A DNA stretch of 49,544 nucleotides from a virus. Taxonomy: Duplodnaviria; Caudoviricetes. Both the position numbers and the translations under genes were made by a program. A model generated the notes under the pieces. That model was not told where the DNA came from and did not search any database. It was given only the letters and a program-made list of their open reading frames with translations. Location of the stretch: IMG/VR virus record IMGVR_UViG_3300044878_000120, positions 1-49,544 of that record. One strand, written 5' to 3'. Below, in pieces: positions 10,236-19,600 of this stretch (within the stretch, counting starts at the first letter, position 1; every line of letters starts with the position of its first letter).

Positions 10236-11105
10236 TTAGTAGCCAATGGCAATCCAGTTGAACGGTTGAGCTGCGAGCGCGGAGCCACTGGCGGCCCTGA
10301 TATTCATGGAAGTCAGAGGCGTTCCAGATGCCTCCAGGGTGACGGAAAGCCAGCTCGCGCCTGCACCTGAGCCGAATGAACCAGTCCGACCCAAAACCGC
10401 GGTAGGGAATGCAATAGGGAAGGTCACTGCGTCGGTGGTGTATGTCGTCGAGAGCGCACTGGTAGTTTTTACGCCCCACTGAATAATCAAACCGCTCGGC
10501 AGCTTCTGGTAGCCGTTAGCAGACATCAGCGAACCAAAGGCTGTTGAGCTGCCTAGTTGCGCAGATCCGAAGGCGTACCACTGGCTGGAACTGGCCGTGG
10601 TAAAGGTCAGGAAGTCGCCGTTACCGCAGGTAACTGACGTTGAGACCGAGCCATTCAGCAAAAGGGAGTCTGCGCCAGCGCGCTGAATGGTGGCCACACC
10701 ACTAGCAGATCCCATAATCGTGAAGGTTGTCCCTACAGGAACAGTGTTGGCAGCCGGCAATGTAAGAGTGGTTGCGCCAGCGGCGCTCGTAAAGTGCATT
10801 TTGCCCATGTCAGCAGCAAGAATAGCCTCGGTCCCTGCGTGGGTAACGATACCCCCATAGGTCAAGCCCATAGACTTCACAAATGCAGTGGTCGCCAACT
10901 TGAGGCTGGTATCGAATTGCACCGGCGGTTGCACTGCGCTCAAAAAACCGGAGGCGTCCACCGTCAAAATGTCTTGCGTCGTCGCGCCAGCGTTGCCGCG
11001 CGCCAGTTTCATCGTGCCATCGGCGGCCGTGGCATCCAGTGTAAAGTTCTGCGTCGCGGTGCCGGACTGACCGAGCTGGGCCGCGTTTGCTTTAAGCAAG
11101 CTCAT
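10236..11105 (-). CDS. Short tail fibre / receptor-binding protein (paralog 2)
   Basis: QFDTSLKLATTAFV; NGYQKLPSGLIIQWG; VTFPIAFP; WIAIGY end. Confidence 0.82.
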   Translation of the reverse strand: MSLLKANAAQLGQSGTATQNFTLDATAADGTMKLARGNAGATTQDILTVDASGFLSAVQPPVQFDTSLKLATTAFVKSMGLTYGGIVTHAGTEAILAADMGKMHFTSAAGATTLTLPAANTVPVGTTFTIMGSASGVATIQRAGADSLLLNGSVSTSVTCGNGDFLTFTTASSSQWYAFGSAQLGSSTAFGSLMSANGYQKLPSGLIIQWGVKTTSALSTTYTTDAVTFPIAFPTAVLGRTGSFGSGAGASWLSVTLEASGTPLTSMNIRAASGSALAAQPFNWIAIGY

Positions 11106-11114
11106 AAAGATTCC

Positions 11115-11840
11115 TTAGTTGCCAATGGCCATCCAATAAACGGAGGTGCCGGCCCTTGTGGGTGTGGTTGTCCAGCAGCCGGCCACAAAGCCAGTGGTCG
11201 TGCCGCCGCTACCGGTCAGCGTTGCGATGTACGCGGCCGGAGTACCAGCAATCGGCCCCAAGGTGACGGACCTACAGGCGGACGGGAACGCGATAGGAAA
11301 GGTGACGCTCGTGTCAGCCGAGGCGCTCGATACGAACACGCCCCACTGAATGATCAGACCGCTCGGCAGCTTCTGGTAACCGTTAGCGCCAATGCTGGAG
11401 AGGAAGCCATCCGTGCCGAAGCCGCCGCTGGAGGCATACCAGGCGTTGTTGCGCTTAACGATGGTTATTTTTTCGCCGATGTACGCGCTGTAGACGTTGG
11501 CCCCGGTTACGCTTTGGATGAGTTCCGAACCAGCACCCTTGATCGAGCCGCCAGCGCCGGTAAACAGGAAGGTGAAGGCCGAGCCATTGACGGTCGCCGC
11601 CAGGGTTGGCAGGGTCATCTGGTAGGCGCCACCAATCAGGATCAGGTTGCCCGCCTGCGATGCGGTCAGCGTGGTGTTGGCGTTGTACAGCAGCGGGTCG
11701 CCCGGCAGGTTGCCCAGTGCCTCCCGCACAAAGGCGGTCGAGGCGATCTGAAGGCTTGCGTCAAACTGCGCAGGTTCCGCCACCAGCGCCGAGCCGGACG
11801 GGAGAGTCATTGCCCCCGTTCCGGGGATGGAAATACTCAT
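11115..11840 (-). CDS. Short tail fibre / receptor-binding protein (paralog 1)
   Basis: QFDASLQIASTAFV; NGYQKLPSGLIIQWG; VTFPIAFP; WMAIGN end. Confidence 0.82.
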   Translation of the reverse strand: MSISIPGTGAMTLPSGSALVAEPAQFDASLQIASTAFVREALGNLPGDPLLYNANTTLTASQAGNLILIGGAYQMTLPTLAATVNGSAFTFLFTGAGGSIKGAGSELIQSVTGANVYSAYIGEKITIVKRNNAWYASSGGFGTDGFLSSIGANGYQKLPSGLIIQWGVFVSSASADTSVTFPIAFPSACRSVTLGPIAGTPAAYIATLTGSGGTTTGFVAGCWTTTPTRAGTSVYWMAIGN

Positions 11841-11851
11841 GCTCTAACTCC

Positions 11852-14314
11852 TTAAACGATGGTCCAGACGGCGCCGGACGAGATCGTCACGGTTTTGCCG
11901 TTGGCAATGGCGATGGGGCCGGCGGTCATGGCGTTTTGCGTCGCGGCAATCGTGTAGTCGTTGTTGACGGTCTGATCGTTGAGGTAGAAAACCGCATCGT
12001 TACCGCCGCCGGTGGCGCCGCCGAGCGAGCCCCAGGTCGTGCCGTTGTTGACTTCTGGACGCCCCAGGTCGGAGTTGAAACGCAGCTTGCCCACACCGTT
12101 CGCCGGTCGTTGCGCGGTCGTGCCGGAAGGAATGGTCGCGGCGCCGGTCGCGGTATCGCGAGGCACGGCCAGGGCCAGGCCCGCCGCGACAAATGCGGTT
12201 GAGGCGACTTGCGTGGTGTTGGTGCCTGGCGAGGCAGTTGGGGTCGTTGGCGTGCCGGTCAGCGCCGGACTGATAAAGTCCGTTTGTTGCAGGTAGATGT
12301 TGGTGCCGTCACCGTAGATCGAGGTCGCCATACCTTGCGTGATGACGACGCCAGTGCCAGCCGCAGTCTTCAGGGTTACCGAGTAGGCGCCCGTGGTGTT
12401 GTTGTCGACAGCCCACAAGCCCGGCAAGTTAGGGAAGACAACGGTGCGCGCGCCAGTGATGGCGCCGGTCAGGTTGATGATGCCGACGCCGTATTGCGCC
12501 GCGGTCAGCGTGGTCGAGCCAGCGCCGCCGGCAATCGACACAGACACATAACCATTCATTGTCGCCTGCACAAAGGCCGTCGTGGCAACACTCGTGTCGT
12601 TATCGCCAGTCGCCGGCGTAGGGGCGGCCGGGTTGCCGGTAAAGGTCGGGCTCGCCAAGTTGGCCTTGAGAGCCAGACCGGCGTAGACGAAAGCCGTGCT
12701 CGCGATCTGCGTCGTGTTGGTGCCCGGCGCAGCAGTCGGCGCGGTCGGAGTACCGGTCAGCGCAGCGCCATCCAGGTCAGCCTTCAGGGCCAGGCCAGCA
12801 GCCACAAACTCGGTCGTCGCGATCTGCGTGGTATTCGTACCAGGCGCAGCAGTCGGCGCGGCAGGCACGCCCGTAAAGGTCGGGCCGGAGAGGTCCGCCT
12901 TGAGCGCCAGGCCAGCCGCAACGAACGCGGTCGACGCGACTTGCGTGGTGTTGGTGCCTGGTGCCGCCGTTGGAGCGGTCGGCGTACCAGTCAGCGCCGG
13001 GCTCGCCAAGTTAGCCTTGAGCGCAAGGCCGGCCGCGACAAAGGCCGTCGAAGCGATCTGCGTCGTGTTGGTGCCTGGCGAGGCAGTTGGGGCGGTCGGC
13101 ACGCCGGTCAGCGCCGGACTGGTGAAGTCCGTTTGCTGGAGATAGACGTTGGTGCCATCGCACCACACGTCGCTGGTCGTACCTTGTGTCACCAGGACGC
13201 CCGTGCCGGCAGCAGTTTTCACCGTAAGGGTGTAAGCGCCGGTCGTGCTGTTTTTGATGATCCAGGCGCCAGTCGGCGAGGTCGGCACAACCACAGCGAT
13301 GTTCGCGGTCAGCGCGCCGGTCAGGTTGAGGATGGCGTTGCCCGCCTCGACCGCGGTCAGCGTGACAGTCACACCGCCAGCCACCGACTTCGACAGATAA
13401 CCGCCCACCGTCGCCTGGACGAAGGCGGTCGTGGCAATACTGGTGTCGTTGTCGCCAAGTGCCGGCGTCGGTGCGGTCGGGTTGCCGGTCAGGGCCGGGC
13501 TTGCCAGGTTGGCCTTGAGTGCCAGGCCAGCGTAGACAAAGGCCGTCGTCGCGATCTGCGTGGTGTTGTCGCCGAGTGTTGCGGTTGGTGCAGTTGGTAC
13601 GCCGGTCAGGGCCGCATCGTCCGCGTTAGCCTTGAGCGCAAGGCCGGCCGCGACAAAGGCCGTCGAGGCGATCTGCGTGGTGTTGGTGCCAGGCGCAGCA
13701 GTCGGCGCAGTCGGCGTGCCGGTCAAGGCGGGACTGACAAAATCGGTCTGTTGCAGGTTGACGTTGGTGCCGTCACACCACAGTTCGCAGATGGCTCCCT
13801 GCGTTACGGCGATGCCAGTGCCGGCCGCGGTTTTAACCGTGACAGTGAAGGCGCCGCTGGTGTTGTTTCGGACCACCCAGCAACCCGTTGGAGCGGTCGG
13901 CACAATCACCGCAATGTTCGCGGTCAGCACACCGGTCAAGTTGAGAAGGGCGTTGCCCGCTTCAACCGCGGTCAGCGTGACGTTCGAGCCGCCGGCGACA
14001 GACTTGGACAGGTAGCCGCCCACCGTCGACTGGACGAAGGCCGTGGTCGCCAGCGAGGTGCTACTGTTGCCCAGCGCCGGGGTCGGCGCGGTCGGCGTAC
14101 CGGTAAATGCCTGGCTGTTGACCTTGGCATAACCGGTAAGGGTAAACGTACCCGCCGAGATCTGGTCGGTAATCGCCTTGAGGTAGGCCGTCCGGTTCGC
14201 CAGGTTGATCAGCGGTTTGTTGGCGATGCCCAGGGCGCCGCCAGAAACGGGGTCAGCAGTTTCGATCTGGTACACACCAGCATCATATGCACCCGTCTCG
14301 ACGAGGTTAGCCAT
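11852..14314 (-). CDS. Long repetitive tail fibre (stem)
   Basis: N-terminal baseplate anchor (VYQIET.DPV.GG..GIAN...LANRT.YLK); 10 TGxPTAPT...TTQIASTAFV repeats; 3 larger repeated domains. Confidence 0.88.
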   Translation of the reverse strand: MANLVETGAYDAGVYQIETADPVSGGALGIANKPLINLANRTAYLKAITDQISAGTFTLTGYAKVNSQAFTGTPTAPTPALGNSSTSLATTAFVQSTVGGYLSKSVAGGSNVTLTAVEAGNALLNLTGVLTANIAVIVPTAPTGCWVVRNNTSGAFTVTVKTAAGTGIAVTQGAICELWCDGTNVNLQQTDFVSPALTGTPTAPTAAPGTNTTQIASTAFVAAGLALKANADDAALTGVPTAPTATLGDNTTQIATTAFVYAGLALKANLASPALTGNPTAPTPALGDNDTSIATTAFVQATVGGYLSKSVAGGVTVTLTAVEAGNAILNLTGALTANIAVVVPTSPTGAWIIKNSTTGAYTLTVKTAAGTGVLVTQGTTSDVWCDGTNVYLQQTDFTSPALTGVPTAPTASPGTNTTQIASTAFVAAGLALKANLASPALTGTPTAPTAAPGTNTTQVASTAFVAAGLALKADLSGPTFTGVPAAPTAAPGTNTTQIATTEFVAAGLALKADLDGAALTGTPTAPTAAPGTNTTQIASTAFVYAGLALKANLASPTFTGNPAAPTPATGDNDTSVATTAFVQATMNGYVSVSIAGGAGSTTLTAAQYGVGIINLTGAITGARTVVFPNLPGLWAVDNNTTGAYSVTLKTAAGTGVVITQGMATSIYGDGTNIYLQQTDFISPALTGTPTTPTASPGTNTTQVASTAFVAAGLALAVPRDTATGAATIPSGTTAQRPANGVGKLRFNSDLGRPEVNNGTTWGSLGGATGGGNDAVFYLNDQTVNNDYTIAATQNAMTAGPIAIANGKTVTISSGAVWTIV
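12190..14110 (-). repeat. Intragenic ~117-bp (39-aa) repeats and three repeated ~90-aa domains in tail fibre
   Basis: Repeated LTGTPTAPTAAPGTNTTQIASTAFVAAGLALKA and KTAAGTG...DGTN..LQQTDF blocks; boundaries approximate. Confidence 0.85.
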
Positions 14315-14327
14315 TTAAAAGCTCCGA

Positions 14328-14774
14328 TTAATAAGTGATAACCCAGGAGCCAGTCAGGGAAATGTCCGACTGCTTGCTCAAGACACCCGTGCGCACGCGG
14401 CGCGCAAACAGGCTTGAGTCGCCGGTCAGCAGGCCGAACTCGAGGATGTCTTTGCCGTTGGCCTCGGTGGACAGAAGCGAAAAGTTGAACTGCACCTGGT
14501 TCGAGGCGGGGTAGGTGACGGAATCGAGCGCCTTGGTAAAGGCACTGGTCAGGGTCGTGTTGCCGGCGACCGGCGTGGTGCCGCTGGTGCCAAAGCCGAT
14601 GGTCGTAACGAACTTGCCGGTCGTGGAGCCGCCGAGCAGGCGCGAGTGGATGGTCTTGGAGACGTCGACGATCAGGTTTTGCTCGTCGATCTCCTCGATC
14701 ACCTCGCCATTGCGCATCACAGTGACGCGCAGGCGGCCGGTCGGGCGGTCCTCGAGCTGGTCGTTGAATTTCAT
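14328..14774 (-). CDS. Baseplate/fibre attachment protein
   Basis: NLIVD...IGFGTSGT...EANG..I.EFGL...LFARR motif; between wedge and fibre genes. Confidence 0.65.
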   Translation of the reverse strand: MKFNDQLEDRPTGRLRVTVMRNGEVIEEIDEQNLIVDVSKTIHSRLLGGSTTGKFVTTIGFGTSGTTPVAGNTTLTSAFTKALDSVTYPASNQVQFNFSLLSTEANGKDILEFGLLTGDSSLFARRVRTGVLSKQSDISLTGSWVITY

Positions 14775-14811
14775 AATCCTGGCGACACCTTAAAAATGAG
14801 CAGATGCCACG

Positions 14812-14827
14812 AGGCTACTGTCACGAC
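14812..14827 (-). promoter_or_regulatory. Putative late promoter GTCGTGAC-AG-TAGCCT
   Basis: One of six copies upstream of virion genes; overlaps stop codon of upstream gene. Confidence 0.65.
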
Positions 14828-15933
14828 CAGGCGTCAGGCACGTCGCTCCCGGAGTTGTAATCGGCAATGCCGTCGAAGAAGCGAACGGAGTTGTACAAGG
14901 TGTTGTAACTGATGGTCGCGCTGGTCGAATCCGTGCCCGGCGTGAAGGTGTCCGCCAGGATCGCGAGCGAGACCGGCATGACCGGGAAGGTCTCGGATGG
15001 CGCCGTCACCGTGTCCGCCAGAGAGGGCACACTGATAGCCAGCGTCGTGCTTTCGGTAATCGTTCCCGAGTAAGTGTCGGTAATGGCGCCGCCCGACAGG
15101 GCCAGCGAGTTGAGGTTTGTCCCGGCCGCGCGGAACTTCTCGAGGAACGCCTTCACGTCCTTTGCAAAGGTGTTGGGCGAAGCGGCGCTCAGCAGGTCGT
15201 AAGCCACCACCACGTCGAACAGGCCGTAATAAAGGTCACTGGTGCCGTTGTAGATGCGCGAGCCGTTGTGCGGGTAAAACCCGTTGTACTGGTTGGTTTG
15301 GCCTTTCGAGCGTGGCGAGTCGACCACCGTGGCGGTCTGGCCGAAGCGCTCGAACAGCGCCGCCTCCATCGCCTTGTTGTTCTCGCGCGGGCGCAGGATC
15401 TCGGTAATCATCCGCACGCTATAGGTCGGGTCGATTTCCGTGCCAATGCGCGGCACGCCGAAGTGCTCGCCCCAGTAGTCCAGCCACTCGCTCTCGGCCG
15501 TGCGCACGCTCAGTTGCGCCATCATGGCGTCAATCGCGATGCGCGCATCCGTCAGCTCGCGCCCTGTGCTCTCCAGGTAGATCCAGAGCAGCGAGGCATA
15601 GCCGTACCAGATGTCGCCATTCGATTGATTCTGCGCGCCGCTGGCCTCCATGAGCACGCACGCCGACAGATCCATCACATCCGGCTCGGCCTTGTAGACA
15701 ATCGACATGCCGTTGAGCGAGCCGATTTTCTCGGTCAGCTCCTTGAGCGTGTTGTCCTTGAGGCTGACCGCCAGGACTTGCACGCCGTTGACGTAACAGG
15801 TCACGTCGTAATCGACCACCGCATAACTGAAGACGCCGGTCGCGTGCCTGGCCCGGAACGCCACAAAGCGCTCAGGATCCTGGTCGAGCGCCGTATACAT
15901 ATAGCTCAGCAGCTTTTCCGTCAGGCGGGCCAT
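14821..15933 (-). CDS. Baseplate wedge protein (gpI-like)
   Basis: TAESEWLDYWGEHFGVPR motif; follows baseplate J. Confidence 0.75.
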   Translation of the reverse strand: MARLTEKLLSYMYTALDQDPERFVAFRARHATGVFSYAVVDYDVTCYVNGVQVLAVSLKDNTLKELTEKIGSLNGMSIVYKAEPDVMDLSACVLMEASGAQNQSNGDIWYGYASLLWIYLESTGRELTDARIAIDAMMAQLSVRTAESEWLDYWGEHFGVPRIGTEIDPTYSVRMITEILRPRENNKAMEAALFERFGQTATVVDSPRSKGQTNQYNGFYPHNGSRIYNGTSDLYYGLFDVVVAYDLLSAASPNTFAKDVKAFLEKFRAAGTNLNSLALSGGAITDTYSGTITESTTLAISVPSLADTVTAPSETFPVMPVSLAILADTFTPGTDSTSATISYNTLYNSVRFFDGIADYNSGSDVPDAWS

Positions 15934-17061
15934 TTATGGAGCCTCGGTAATGGCGAGCGTGCCGGCGACGGCCTTGGCGTTCTCAGCAATCGCCACGTCA
16001 AGCGCAGGCACGGTCATTCGGAAGTTAGTGACACCATCGACCTGCATGGCGCGCGCGACGATCTCCGACAGGATCACGTCGGCACCGATGTCCAGGCTGG
16101 CGAGATAGCTCACGATCCCCGCCGAGACCAGGGCGAGCGTGGCGGCCGAGTCATAGTTCTGGTCAATCGTCACCGTCGCGGTCACATTGACGCTGACGAT
16201 CACCGCCGAGGCTGTGATCACCTTGACGCCGGCGGCCTTCCAGCCTGGCACCGGCTTGCCGTTGGTATCGTAGTAACCGTCAATCACCTTCGATACCTGG
16301 TCGAGCAAGGTGCCGCTCGCCGTTCCGACGCCGTTATAGACGTACAGGTAGATCAAGCCAGGAGTGGCCAGGTCGTCGCTCAGCCAGGGCTCAATCACCA
16401 CCGCCTGCCGCACCGCCTCGAGCACGAGACCGGTCGGACTCAGGAGCTGGACGGTTTTCGCGCCATAGCGCAGCGCCGCGGTAGTGCCGCGCGAAAGGGT
16501 CGAGATGTACTCGACAAAGCGATTCTTGCGGTCGTCCAGGCTCTCGGCGTCGGCGCCGTCGACGAATCCGTTGATGGCCTCGGCATTGACGTAGCCAGGG
16601 ATTGTCGGCGAGGCGATGAAGTCGGTGCCGAGCGCGATATTGCCCGAGTAGCCCGCCACCACCGCGACCACGTTTACGTCGTAGAAGCTCGAGCCGCCAG
16701 GGATGATGGCGTCGGTAATCGTCGCGAAGCTGATCGAGCTGGAGTCGGTCGTGGTGAAGACGGTGCCGCCGGCAATCGTCACCGGGTTGACCGATGGCGC
16801 GACGTAGATCCTTACGCGCCCGGTCGAGTTGCGGGCGTCCAGGGCCGGGAAGTCAAAGGAATTGAAGACGGCAATGGGAATCGACTCATTGAGCCCGTTC
16901 CACATTTGCTGATACAGCTCCTCGATCTCGATGGCCGGAGACTCGAGCATCGTCCGCGCAGCGGAGCCAATATTGAAGTCGGTCAGCTTGTCCTGCGTCG
17001 CCTTGGCATAGTTGACCATCGACGCGGCAATACTGGTGAAGTCCTTGAGTTGAAACGCCAT
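15934..17061 (-). CDS. Baseplate J/gp47 family protein
   Basis: DFNIGSAARTMLE, G.D.ESLDD.K.RF...LSRGT, AAGV. Confidence 0.9.
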   Translation of the reverse strand: MAFQLKDFTSIAASMVNYAKATQDKLTDFNIGSAARTMLESPAIEIEELYQQMWNGLNESIPIAVFNSFDFPALDARNSTGRVRIYVAPSVNPVTIAGGTVFTTTDSSSISFATITDAIIPGGSSFYDVNVVAVVAGYSGNIALGTDFIASPTIPGYVNAEAINGFVDGADAESLDDRKNRFVEYISTLSRGTTAALRYGAKTVQLLSPTGLVLEAVRQAVVIEPWLSDDLATPGLIYLYVYNGVGTASGTLLDQVSKVIDGYYDTNGKPVPGWKAAGVKVITASAVIVSVNVTATVTIDQNYDSAATLALVSAGIVSYLASLDIGADVILSEIVARAMQVDGVTNFRMTVPALDVAIAENAKAVAGTLAITEAP

Positions 17062-17660
17062 TACACCACCAGGGAAATATTGGCCGGCGAGCCGGTAATA
17101 GGGTTGACGGTCGCGTTGACGGTAATGGCGTCGCCGTTGATCACGGCCTCGCAGTACGTTACGGACGCGACCCGCGGATCCTCAGAGAGCGCCGACTTGA
17201 CGTAGAACGCTGCCAGGCGCACGGAGCGCTGGCCGCCGATGTCGCCCAGGAGCGAGCGCACCCAGCAGCCGAACTCAGGGTGAAAGCCCAGCTCGCGCTT
17301 CTCGGTTGTTACGCGGATGATCAGCGCCTGCGAAAAATTCTTGATGCCGGAGACCACCGCAAAATCGCCGTTCACGGCGGTCAGGCGACGATCACTCAGC
17401 AGCAGGTCGCAGCCGAGCACGTCGTCGGCGCTGGCATTGATCGAGACGCCGCCGCCCGGGGCCGGAATCTTGATCTGGTCGCCATAGGCGAGCACGCCAG
17501 GCGCCGCCGTTGCGGCCAGGTACGGCGGGCGAAGCTCGTTGAGGGTAATGAGCTCGACCCAGCGCGAGGCGTCGCCCATCTCGCGCAGAGACAGACGCTG
17601 AAGCGTGTCGCCGAACTGAATGGGGACGTTGCGGACACCAGGAGCCAGGTCGTAATTCAT
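17061..17660 (-). CDS. LysM-like / gp25-like baseplate wedge fusion protein
   Basis: GDTLQRLS..EMGDASRW...N.L N-terminus; QALIIR..T...L.FHPEFG...EDPRV C-terminus. Confidence 0.75.
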   Translation of the reverse strand: MNYDLAPGVRNVPIQFGDTLQRLSLREMGDASRWVELITLNELRPPYLAATAAPGVLAYGDQIKIPAPGGGVSINASADDVLGCDLLLSDRRLTAVNGDFAVVSGIKNFSQALIIRVTTEKRELGFHPEFGCWVRSLLGDIGGQRSVRLAAFYVKSALSEDPRVASVTYCEAVINGDAITVNATVNPITGSPANISLVV

Positions 17661-18838
17661 GCCAGGATCACCCCGCTGTTAATTACAGAGAGGTGCTCAC
17701 CGATCTCGCTGGCCGTCATCGGCGCCAGCACCGTGTCGAGCTTCACCAGGCTGGTCACCGAACTGGCGGCACTGGTAGAGATCGAGGCAGCCCGTTGCTG
17801 GACCGGCATGAAGACCGGGAACGGGTTCTCGTTGGCATATTTGGAGATCGGGCGACCGCCAGCCGTCGAGGAGCACGTCGAAGCGCCATACAGGTCGTCG
17901 AGGTTCGGCAGTTGCCGACGCCCCTTGAACGCATTGCGCAGCACGCAGAAGGCGTTGGTGAAGGCGGCGCTGACCCGGGAGAATTCCGACTTGATCCGGT
18001 CGGGGATCGACATGATCGAGGAGAACATATTGGTCACGTTTGAGGCGCCGCGGCACAAGTTGGTGGCCATGTTGAACAGGCCGCCAGTCAGCTCGGTCAC
18101 CACTCCCATGCCCGCCGAGATCGTGCCCTGCACGAATTCCAGCACGCTCGCGGTCAGCGAGGTGAAGTCGGCAAAGGCTTGCTTGATCGGCCCCAGGAAG
18201 TCGCCGATCTTGCCCTTGACCATCGTCGCGAAGGTTTTGATCGTGTGCAGCGCGCCAGCCAGGGACGCCTTCACCCGATCCAGGAAGCCGAGCGGCTTCT
18301 TGAGCGAGGTCGAGGCAGCCAGGTCGGCGATAGCTTGCTTGGCGGCGTCCAGGTCAGCGACCCCATCGCTCAGCCAGGACAGATTGATCTGGTATTGCGA
18401 AAGCAGCGGGCGCGACTTGTTGCGGCGCAGCGTGAAGTTCATCGGCGCCACGACCCAGATAAAATCATCCAGCTCATCGGCGAAAATGAGTTTCACTTTG
18501 TCCGGGGAAAAGCCGTTCTTGACCGCGCTCTCGCGCTCCAGGTGCCAGCGCTTGAAGATCTGCTCATGCAGATTCAGGAACTCGGCTTGTCCGTCCTTGC
18601 GGTCGCCCTGGCCCCAGCCCGTCGTGCCGGAGATTTGCACCGATGGCACGCCCTCGCCCCAGGAGTCCAGCCAGGCACCGCCAAGGGATTGATGCACCAT
18701 CGCTCGAGAGGTTTCGGGCCGCGTCAGATCCTCCGGCCTAATGACCAGATCAACCTTGACGGGGGCGTCGTTCGTCGCCGTATTGTGAAACATGAACGAG
18801 ATCGGCCGAGCTTCGGCCTTTTGGTTTGGGGTAGCCAT
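17657..18838 (-). CDS. Baseplate/tail tube initiator-like protein
   Basis: RPEDLT...HQSLGGAWLDSWGEG...ISGTTG; position in baseplate cluster. Confidence 0.6.
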   Translation of the reverse strand: MATPNQKAEARPISFMFHNTATNDAPVKVDLVIRPEDLTRPETSRAMVHQSLGGAWLDSWGEGVPSVQISGTTGWGQGDRKDGQAEFLNLHEQIFKRWHLERESAVKNGFSPDKVKLIFADELDDFIWVVAPMNFTLRRNKSRPLLSQYQINLSWLSDGVADLDAAKQAIADLAASTSLKKPLGFLDRVKASLAGALHTIKTFATMVKGKIGDFLGPIKQAFADFTSLTASVLEFVQGTISAGMGVVTELTGGLFNMATNLCRGASNVTNMFSSIMSIPDRIKSEFSRVSAAFTNAFCVLRNAFKGRRQLPNLDDLYGASTCSSTAGGRPISKYANENPFPVFMPVQQRAASISTSAASSVTSLVKLDTVLAPMTASEIGEHLSVINSGVILA

Positions 18839-18844
18839 GCCACG

Positions 18845-18860
18845 ACATTGCTGTCACGAC
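18845..18860 (-). promoter_or_regulatory. Putative late promoter GTCGTGAC-AG-CAATGT (leaderless)
   Basis: Motif copy; 6 nt between -10-like hexamer and ATG 18838; no SD. Confidence 0.7.
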
Positions 18861-18877
18861 CACCCCGCAACAAGCCG

Positions 18878-19600
18878 TCAGTTTGTCGGCGAGGTAGGGT
18901 TGCCTGGCGCGCTGGAGGTGTGCGTGTGTCCGACCATGCTCTTGCCGGATGCGACGAGATCGTTGGTGACCGTGACCGGGCCGACCAGGCTGGACGTGCC
19001 GCCGGTTTGCGTGACCTGGCCTTTAAAGATCAGTTGCGGCGCCTCGTTGGTGATCGACACCGCCGACTTGTTCACGATGGCCCCGTCCGGCGCAATGTTG
19101 ATCGAGCCGACCCCGCCGGCCTGCTCGATATGAATGTGCACTGCGCGCCCCGTGTTTTTGGTGATCTTCCAGATGCCATCCGCATCTTGGCCGGTCAGAT
19201 CCTCGTGCGCCGGAGCCTCACCAATCCGCACATAGGCGCCGGACGGATGCGCCAGCTCGGTGTTGCCGTTGTCGTCGATGGTCACATAGACATCGGACGG
19301 ATGCCGGTAGGTCTTGCGGTTGCCGGCGAACAGCATTTGCGCGACCTGCGGGTAAACGAAGCCCAGGATCACCGGATGGTTACCCATGAAGCCGACGACC
19401 CCATACACGTCGCGCGCGCCGTTGTTGGCCTGGCCATAGCCCTCGACCTGCGGCCCGGTCAGGCCGCTCGAGCCGAAGTCGGTGCCGGCGCAGCCACCCA
19501 CCACTTGCACGCCAGAGACGCGCCGGCCATCAGCCATAAATTCCACATCGCAGGCGTTCGACTCAGGTCGGGCCGCGGTAATTCTCACCATCTCAAGCAT
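18878..19600 (-). CDS. Baseplate central spike (gpV-like)
   Basis: OB-like N-terminus, HPSG repeats, C-terminal HTH metal-binding motif (GHTH). Confidence 0.82.
   Translation of the reverse strand: MLEMVRITAARPESNACDVEFMADGRRVSGVQVVGGCAGTDFGSSGLTGPQVEGYGQANNGARDVYGVVGFMGNHPVILGFVYPQVAQMLFAGNRKTYRHPSDVYVTIDDNGNTELAHPSGAYVRIGEAPAHEDLTGQDADGIWKITKNTGRAVHIHIEQAGGVGSINIAPDGAIVNKSAVSITNEAPQLIFKGQVTQTGGTSSLVGPVTVTNDLVASGKSMVGHTHTSSAPGNPTSPTN

Noticed and set aside
9110-11840. Diversity-generating retroelement acting on fibre tips
   Set aside because: No reverse transcriptase in the window; mismatches in the shared block are synonymous C/T on the coding strand, not adenine-specific
8531-14314. Invertible fibre shufflon driven by the serine recombinase
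   Set aside because: All fibre genes are co-oriented with their own starts, no flanking inverted crossover sites were seen, and the recombinase is about 35 kb away
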